NCBI GenBank assembly: GCA_008632985.1
Contig: QPGO01000023.1
Coordinates: 741,681 to 805,680, forward strand
DNA: 64,000 bases
Source of the DNA: Psammoneis japonica
Lineage: Eukaryota
Reading direction: 5' to 3'
Shown here: positions 56,230 through 64,000 of the stretch, in pieces
Position numbering within the stretch: the first letter of the stretch is position 1
Layout: each line of letters opens with the position of its first letter
The notes under the pieces: model-generated
Databases searched by the model: none
Told to the model about the DNA's origin: nothing
The model's input: the letters and a program-made list of their open reading frames with translations, nothing else
Translations under genes and position numbers: made by a program

Positions 56230-56646
56230 CTAAATAACTTCCGCGTCGTCTGGCGTAGCGGATGGCATCTCGGCTACTACTTCCGCCGAAACGTTCTGTG
56301 ACGCAGACTTTGCTCTTTTGAAGTACTGGTATCCTAAAAACAGCCACAAACAGCCGACCAAGAGAACAATGGTTGGATACAGCCAGCTTTGATAGTAGCT
56401 TCCACATGAGCATCCGCTCGGGCATTTTGGATTTACCGGACCAAAGAGGAGGATGGCAAGGAGTATCTTGACGAAGGCCATGAAGAAGAGCCCTTTGTAA
56501 GAGGCATCAAGGTGCTGATCCATCCAGCTTCGGCCCACTCGTCGACACAGAACACAGAAGACGGTCAAGCACAACGAAAAGATCGAAACCGCACGAAAGC
56601 GGTCGACTTCGTTATCCCATTTTTCTTGGCAAGTACTCATGGTCAA
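56230..56646 (-). CDS. Hypothetical small membrane protein (about 3 TM segments)
   Basis: 138-aa ORF with three hydrophobic segments and a Cys-rich loop; may have an upstream exon. Confidence 0.55.
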   Translation of the reverse strand: MTMSTCQEKWDNEVDRFRAVSIFSLCLTVFCVLCRRVGRSWMDQHLDASYKGLFFMAFVKILLAILLFGPVNPKCPSGCSCGSYYQSWLYPTIVLLVGCLWLFLGYQYFKRAKSASQNVSAEVVAEMPSATPDDAEVI

Positions 56647-57208
56647 AAGTAACCACGTAGCGTGCTTTGTTCAGACAAAAAACAGTGGAGCTGTTTTGGT
56701 TTGCAACCTCTATTACGGAGACAGCGACAACGCGTGGAATTGAGAACGGTGCGAGTGTTGTTGAGCTGACGCATGGTTCGCACGTTACGTCTTGATCCGC
56801 GGCTTCTGGGTCGTGGTTTGGCGGCGCGTTTGACACCTCTGACACATTGATAACCAGGAAACATAAAGTCAACTGGTCCTCTTCCATCCATCCCGCTACT
56901 AGCTACTAGCGTATCTACAATGGCTTCCTCCAACTTTGTCAGGGATTGTTAGTCCATATGATGCTAACACCATCTTCAATCTTGCTTCGAGAAGCTCATT
57001 GATGGCTATCATTCGTTCCATTCTCAATCGCCTTTTCATAAATCCGTTGAATGGAAAATCCGCGAGTATCAGGACTAAAAGATGCTTCCATTTCCCGTTT
57101 AGTGTCAGTCCCTTTTTGTTGCTCACTTGTAGCAAGCTAAACCAGAAGAAAACGCGCTGCTTCTTATATCTCGCATTCGTGACTTCATTTCTGATTCAGA
57201 GTTCGACT

Positions 57209-59193
57209 TCATTTCTTTCTCCCCTTGTTCTTTTTGATTGCTCGTTTCTTGTCTTTCTTCTTAATTTTCGTAAGACGTTTCTCACTTTTCGCTTCCTTCA
57301 CGGCTTTCTTGTTGGCCTTCCTCGCCGCCCGCTGAGCTTGCTTGGCGGCTTCAACCTCTTCTGGTGTCTTTGGTGGAATTTTCTCGTATCGCTCTGGGGT
57401 AAGGTCATCGTCGTCCGGATCGTCTTGGCTTTGGTCTTCATCTGAGAACTCGCTGTCTCCATCAATATCGCTGTTTTCGTTGGCGAGCGGATCACTGTCA
57501 TCACCACGGAAACGCGAAACTGGCACATCACCAGATTGAGTGGTGGCAGACGACAGAATGGATTGAACCGACTTTGTCATGACATCGTCCCGACCTGTTT
57601 TTCGAGCCACTGCTTCCACCACATTCTTGTTGCCTGTCAATGCCGCTACGGCATGTGCATAGGTTTCTTCTACCTCGCCGTCTTGCAATTTCTGAATCTC
57701 GTGATCTGCAACTTGATTCAAACTTCTGGGCAAGAACTGACTCATAAAGACTGCCTCGTCAACGGCTTCCCGCTGCGTTTCTTCTCTTCGTGTTTGATCC
57801 GATTCTTGGTTCAAACGTTTCGACACCTCGTTGACATGCTCCATTATGGAGTCCAAACACGCCGATTCCGTCTCTACTGTGCCATCTTCGAGAGGCGCGG
57901 TAACGAATTCAAACAGCTGTCGCGTTGACATGACATTGAGTCCTCCCGTCTTTCGGAAAAAGTCATTCACGTTGGATGCATCTTTTCGGAGAAAGTCCAA
58001 CGCCGAGGGATGGTCAGATTCAACGCTTTGACTGACATCAATAACATAAACTTCATTGTTGTGCCAGAGCAAGTTATATTCGCTCAAGTCGCCGTGTACC
58101 AGTTTGCACCTCTGATACATTCGTCTCATAATCACAACGGTTTGAACATAGGCTTCCCTCATGCGTCGTTCACTCAATGACGCGTCCTTGAGACGTGGGG
58201 ACGGCCATCCTCCTTCTCCCAAGAATTCCATCACCAAGACATGGGACTTTAGTAGAACGGGAGTGGGACAGGGAATGGACGCAGCGTGTAGCCTCCTGTA
58301 GTTGCGCATCTCTTTCTCAGCCCAAACCTTGACCATCTTGCGTGGATTGGATTTGCCTGAAAAGTAGTTGAGCAGATGAGCAGGTGAGACGTGTGTATGG
58401 CGAAGATGTCAGAGTAACCAGCCACTTATAGAGACTGCTCCAGGAGCAACTTACAATAACCTTTTCTCCACCGATGCTCTCCCGCAACATACTTGTCGCG
58501 ATCTTTGAAAACAAGAATGCTCGTCTTGTATATTTTAATAGCATATTCTGTCACATGAGCAGCTTCTGGAGGAAGAGCTGGTCCCTTGTGTTGTTGCTGA
58601 GTCACCACCTTTGAATTTATCTCAGAGGTTCCCTCCTGAGTACTTTTCTTCTTCCTCCCGGCCTTGGCATAGTAAACGTTTGCTTCCTTCCCAGTACTCA
58701 AGCAGCCATCAATAAGCTCCAAGAAGCCACTACTTAATAACCTAAACAACAAAAGCCGAGTTCGTGGATCAAGACACTGTTCGCTGGTAGCACGGTCGTC
58801 ACGACCAGTGTGCGTTGCTTTCTTGGTTGTTTCCATGTGTTGCATTCTCGTTACGGAGTTCGACACGGTATGAGAAAAGTTCATAGTCTTGGAGGGGAGA
58901 GTGTTACTACCCGACGACAAAGACCCGTTAGAAAAAGAAAAAGACGCCTGACCCATGATATCGTCAAACTCATCATCGATATCTTCGTCTTCGTAATCCT
59001 CCTCGTCCTCGTCGAAATCCTCTTCCATGCGTTCTTCAAGATGTTCTTTCTCGGTGCGACTCATGGGTGAAGTCTCTTCCATACTGATCTTCTCTCGTAT
59101 CATCTCTACAAACAGATTCTCATCTTCTTCAGCATCTTCAAACTGACCATCCGTCGTTGACCTGGACAGCGCTTCAGTCGCTAACGCCGCCAT
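57209..59193 (-). CDS. RIO1: RIO1 atypical protein kinase; intron 58454-58357
   Basis: DRATSEQCLDPRTR, STGKEANVY, AIKIYKTSILVFKDRDKY, VWAEKEMRN, LVHGDLSEYN, IDVSQSVE, Lys-rich C-terminus. Confidence 0.95.
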
Positions 59194-59894
59194 GGTTGTC
59201 CCTTTTGTGTTTGTGGTCAGTCGTCGGTCGTCGCTCGGTGGCAGGTTGCTCCAATACGCGCACTTTGCGCGTGCATGCAATGGCTGGTAGGTGGCGGGCT
59301 AATGTGTGTCTGTCGTTCGTCAGGTTCGCAAGCAAAACTGCTGTTGTTACGTACGCATTGGTACAACTTCTACGTTTTGCCTTTTGTACCAGATGTCCAC
59401 GTTAATTGTACGATTATATTCGCTAGACAATCTGTATACTTAAAAATAGATCCGTTGGTTTTTGTTACCTTCATGTATTTGAATCTGAAGATTGCAATCA
59501 TTCAAACCGTCACAAATTCACGCTTCGAGTGCACAAAGAGGGCGACACGTGAGACACAACATCGTTGGTTGAAGCCATTGACGTTGTTGCGATAGGACGG
59601 AACCAAGACTGTTCATTTGATACATACCAGGACCTACTCTCTTGTTGACTAGTAACATATTTGCTTTGCCGCAGAGTCGACGTGTTTGTCAAGAATAGCA
59701 ATCGCTCGAGCGCTCTGTCGGACTCCAGACTTCTTTTGAAATTTGGAGCATTTCTTTCAAAGATGGTGAGTCGCTGTTCAGAAAACAAAGAAGACTTTAT
59801 TTATTGCAGTGATGACTCACATTGTAAGCTGTATTACCCTCCCTATTGTGACTCACAGAGCGAAGCACCACCGGCACCGTTTTCGGTCGGGAAG

Positions 59895-62021
59895 ATGAAG
59901 AGAAGTCGTTTGGTATTTGGTGATCTCGTGATGATTGAGGACGCAAAAGCGAACCAGAGTGCCAACAGCCTCGCGTATTCTCCATCGACTGTTCCAAGTT
60001 CCGATGAGAAATCGTCACGCTGGGCTACCCAATCACCGTTTGCCCCGAGCTTTCTTGACGACAGCAAGGCGTCAATCTCTACCATCGACGCGGTCGACCA
60101 AGAGGAAGTTGCCAAGGAAAACCTTCCTCAGAAAGGAAATACTCATAGCATCAAAGAAAACCTTAGCTCCACGTTCAATGAATCAAAGGCGAAGGAGCGA
60201 TCTGAATTGCGTCGCATTCTTGGCGCAAAGACTCAGGCTGCCATCAATAACGCTACGGAGAGCGTCAACAGACCTTGAATGCATCCAGAGTGTCAAAGAA
60301 GAACTCCCGGCAACAGAGAGCAGCAAAGAGTGCCGAAGTCCACAGCAAGTGGAAAGACGAAAACGAGGATGCGAAAGCGTTCAACGCCGAAGCGGAGAAA
60401 AGTCGGCGCCAGCTCTTGCATATCCAACGCCAGTTCTCCTCCCGCGTGTACCAGGCGAAAGCGAAGCATCACCTTGACGAGAAGCAGGCTCGACTGAATG
60501 AAATTGAAAACGAGTCACAGTTCAAGTCCCAAGTACATCGTGAGCACCAACGAAGTCTAAAGGAAGAGGAGGAGAGACGACGTAGAGCATCCATCGATGC
60601 AAGAGCTCAACTTCGTAAGAACCATCGCGCCGGAGAAGAAAAGATGAGGCTGCAAGCTGTTGATGAGCATATGGCTCTAATGGAAGAGCGTCACGAGAGC
60701 AGCATAGCATGGAGGGAGTCCAAGAAAAATCTGGCTGCAGAACGGCGAAAGAGTTTTGCTTTCCGTAATGGCGATGCGCGTCGAATTCGCGAGCTTCACA
60801 AGGAAATGGAGAATCAACGTCAGAAGGAAGAGTCAGAGAGCTATCAATTGAAGTGGGATGGCGAGGAGGACGCCAAGGCTTACCAAAGGCAACTTCAAAA
60901 AGAAAAGAGGGATAGTCTTGCCTTTCGGAACAAAGAAGGGCGTAGGCAGCGGCACGAAGACAAGAATCGCGCGATTGCAGAATCGATAGAGAGCACGAAA
61001 GCTACGAATTGAAGTGGCAGGGCGAGCGAGATGCACAAAACTATCAGAAGCAGCTTGCCGATGAGCGGAGAGATAGCTTTGCTTTCCGAAATCAAGAGGG
61101 AAGGAGGCAGCGGAACGAGGAAGCCGACCGTCTGGTTGAGGAGCAGGATCTTCAGCATGCCAGCTATGAGCTCAAGTGGATGGGGGAGAGAGATGCTGAA
61201 GCCTACAAAAGGCAGATGGAAAAGGAGAGACGAGAGAGCCTGGCCTTTCGAAACAAGCAAAGAGCGCAACATCAAAACATAATGCAGGAACTACAGCAAC
61301 TCTCACGCGAGCAAGAGACGGAATCGTATGTGTTGAAATGGGCTGGCGAAGACGACGCGAAAGCCTATTTGGCAAAGCTCGAGGAAGAACGCCGTCAATC
61401 GCTCAACTTTCGTAATAAAGAAGGAGCCCGACACCGTGCATTGGAAGCAGAAGAACACGAAAAAGCGGTAGAGGCAGCTCACGAAGAGGAAGAGTTGCAG
61501 GCTGGTTGTAAGTATCTTGGCGAAAGACTATCCATTTCCCTCTTCCGTCAACCAAACTGACCACTGTGTTTCTTATTTGCAGGTCGAAAAGATGTTGAGC
61601 AGTACAAGAGAGACTGCGCAGCTAGAGATCGAGCCTCGCTTTGTTTCAGAGGGAAGGAGAAGCAGTTGCAGCGTGCAGAAGCAGCGAAAGCTAAATACGA
61701 GCAGAGTCTGGTTGATGAAAGAACCTGGCGTTGGAGGATGCCGCTAGAACAGACGTGAAAGCCTACATCGACGACTGTAAGAGGCGCCGCAGAATGTCAC
61801 TAGCTCTCCGAGCCAAAGAGAAGAGGGAGCACGCCAGGTGGGAAAGGCGCCAGAAGGAGAAGAAAATAGCAGCGAAACATCGTGACACCCGCGATCAAGC
61901 TATGGACCAACGATACGTCGAACTAGCGCGGCAACAAGAAAGAGCACGCATTGCAATGGATGCAATCCGTCACACTGGCCGGAATTTCGCCGTCAATCCT
62001 TTCGGCTCGATTCTTGAGTAG
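59895..62021 (+). CDS. Charged coiled-coil protein with ~45-aa repeats; intron 61508-61582; three apparent 1-nt frameshifts
   Basis: Repeats ESY.LKW.GE.DA.AY...L..ERR.SLAFRN.E continue across frame breaks near 60275, 60990 and 61720. Confidence 0.75.
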
Positions 62022-62214
62022 AAATGCTTCTCCCCGGGGTTTTCCATTAGATGAACTGAACGATTGTGTTGTACTTTGAATGAGACGGGGACTCGGGCTG
62101 TATCCGCTATCTGGTAACAACAATGTTTGCATAAGACACCCTATACGTAGTTAGAAACAAACTGCTTATCATGATATTTGAAAACGAATTCATAACAGTC
62201 ACCCGGCAACCCCC

Positions 62215-64000
62215 TCAGTCACTGTTGCTGTCGCTAGACAATTCACTCGAACGGCGTTTCCTCCGTTGCTTCACCGTGGCAGCGCCCATCTCATCCTCAC
62301 TACTCCCCGAATGATAGCTAGAAGAGTTTGCAGCCCTCATCAACCGCCGGAACTCTGCATACTGGCGGATGCACTCGTCAGGGTTTATTTTCGTTGCGCA
62401 ACCCGACGATCTGCCGACGCCGGTATCAAACATTGGCATCTTCTCCGGCAGAGAAATCCCTTTGTTAACGAGCCGCTCCTTTGCATCAGGCACGTACTCA
62501 AGGCATCGAGTTTCGCTTAGGCTGTACACCTTCCGAAGGAAATTCTTTAGTTTCAAAAGGAGCACAATTCCATACCCTTCCGCACACATATCCGCAAATC
62601 GAGGCAAATCGAAACTCGAGTCCTTCAAGGGAGCAGCTTCTTTAGTCCTTGATGGATTCTTGGATTCCGCAGCACGCTCCAGAGCATCTTCTGACGCGTT
62701 GTTCTCGTCGTGCTCATCGCTACTTGCGAGACCGTGAGGGCGCAAAAAGGCGGCGAACCTGTCAACTAGTTGATCACCATGCAAAGCGTCTGAACACGAA
62801 ATGTTATAGATGATGAACAGAGGATCGTTTGCCCTATTGTACGGCAAGTGAGCGAGCACCTGGGCGGCGAAGGAGAGAAGGTGTAACTTCTTCGTGTGGG
62901 GATAAAGACTTTTCTGCTTCTGCTTGGTGTCGGTCAATCTCTCCCCTGCTTCAAAAAGACCCAGCAAGCTTCTGTAGAGACCCTCGCGCTGCTTCCTACT
63001 GCTTCGGATACATTCTTTGAAGACGTCTGCAAAGATGCTCTCAACATGTAGCACGCTCCCGTGCTTCCGCGTCACCACAGCACACGCGTTCTCTGATTCC
63101 CCGTATACAACGCGCTGAAACTTGTAGGCCTGTTTCACTCCCGCACTGGCACGCTGGCGTAGCATATCAGGTCTCTTTTCACCCTCTCGAATCAAGAGCC
63201 CAAGGGACAAGGAACGTACTTCCGGGGCTTTGATGTCTCCTTGGAGAGCAAATAGGTAAGGAACCGTTTCCATGGGATTGATGAGCCCCTGGCGAAGGAG
63301 ATCTCCGAGAAGCTCAACCGAAGCGAGTCGAATCTTTTCATTTTTGCACGAAGTCATCTGGAAGAGCCTAGTTGAATGCTCGGCCAGTACCCCGCCAACA
63401 AGAGTTGCATCTCCGTCTTGATCACCTGAGATCCTCTTGGATACAGTGACCTTTCCCTTTGAATCCATTTTCGCCTTGGCTTCCCCCGTTTCAACCCGTG
63501 CTTCTTCGGTCTACATCATTGCGGAAGGTAGACGAAACGCATAGAAGGAAAATGTGAGCGACGGGCAAAAACAGAACCGCAAAGTCGAAAGCTACCGGAC
63601 ACTCACAACAAGAATATCTCGCCAGCACCGCAGGGCTTCCAATTGAAGGTCCGGGTGGGCGTCTTCGCTCATGACCTGCTCAATGACTCCAGCCTGTTCC
63701 ACTGCCAGCATTATCCGCGGACGGGAAGCAAAGATCCCCCCTAAAGCTCGAAGAGCAGCACATTTCGTCTCGACATCGCTTTTCTCAAGATACTTGGTAA
63801 AGAGAGTGTAGCACGCTTCGGCCATATTTGTCGAAGACAGCTCGGACGGATCAACGCTCTCAAAATTGTCCATGTCTTCATCATCACTGTCTCTGTCGTT
63901 GCTGCCGTCATCCATGTTACGACAGAGAGATCCAAGCACGCTCAAGGCTCTGTGCACATTGTTCCGCAGTTTCGTCTGGGAAAAGGGAGGGAGACAAAAT
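62215..64000 (-). CDS. NIPBL: Cohesin loader NIPBL/Scc2, C-terminal part (intron 63606-63511), truncated by the window edge
   Basis: HEAT-like segments, RALSVLGSLCR, LLRQGLINPMETVPYLFALQGD, LAHLPY....DPLFIIY, LLLKLKNFLRKVYSL. Confidence 0.85.

Overview
Eukaryotic nuclear DNA, most likely from a pennate diatom. This is inferred from short GT-AG introns, signal peptide plus 'A(S/Q)F' plastid presequences, tandem HSF genes and a diatom-type Ty1/copia element. Ordinary genes (DUF72, SPP-like protease, a bacterial-type secreted protein, enoyl-CoA hydratase, ankyrin protein, BRF1, two HSFs, an FG-GAP membrane protein, glutaredoxin, a P-loop GTPase, a FAD oxidase, SLX1, RIO1, a coiled-coil repeat protein and the NIPBL/Scc2 3' end) alternate with three transposon-rich blocks (~21.2-29.4, ~35.2-43.1, ~50.2-52.3 kb) that have almost no TpA. 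The main discovery is a repeat-targeted TpA->TpG/CpA hypermutation (A:T->G:C at TpA on both strands), the mirror image of fungal RIP. It is caught part-way in a young full-length copia element (43112-50243): 10 of the 12 differences between its two 276-bp LTRs are TA->TG or TA->CA, all lost from the 3' LTR, with no CpG transitions. Conserved tyrosines in its RT/RNase H have become Cys or His. Older relics have lost both TpA and CpG. The 5' LTR/leader and flanking host genes are largely spared, but one DsbA-like gene is hit. The copia also appears to prime on a half-tRNA-Asn. Several single-base frameshifts in host genes are probably assembly errors. All family assignments come from recalled motifs, not database searches.
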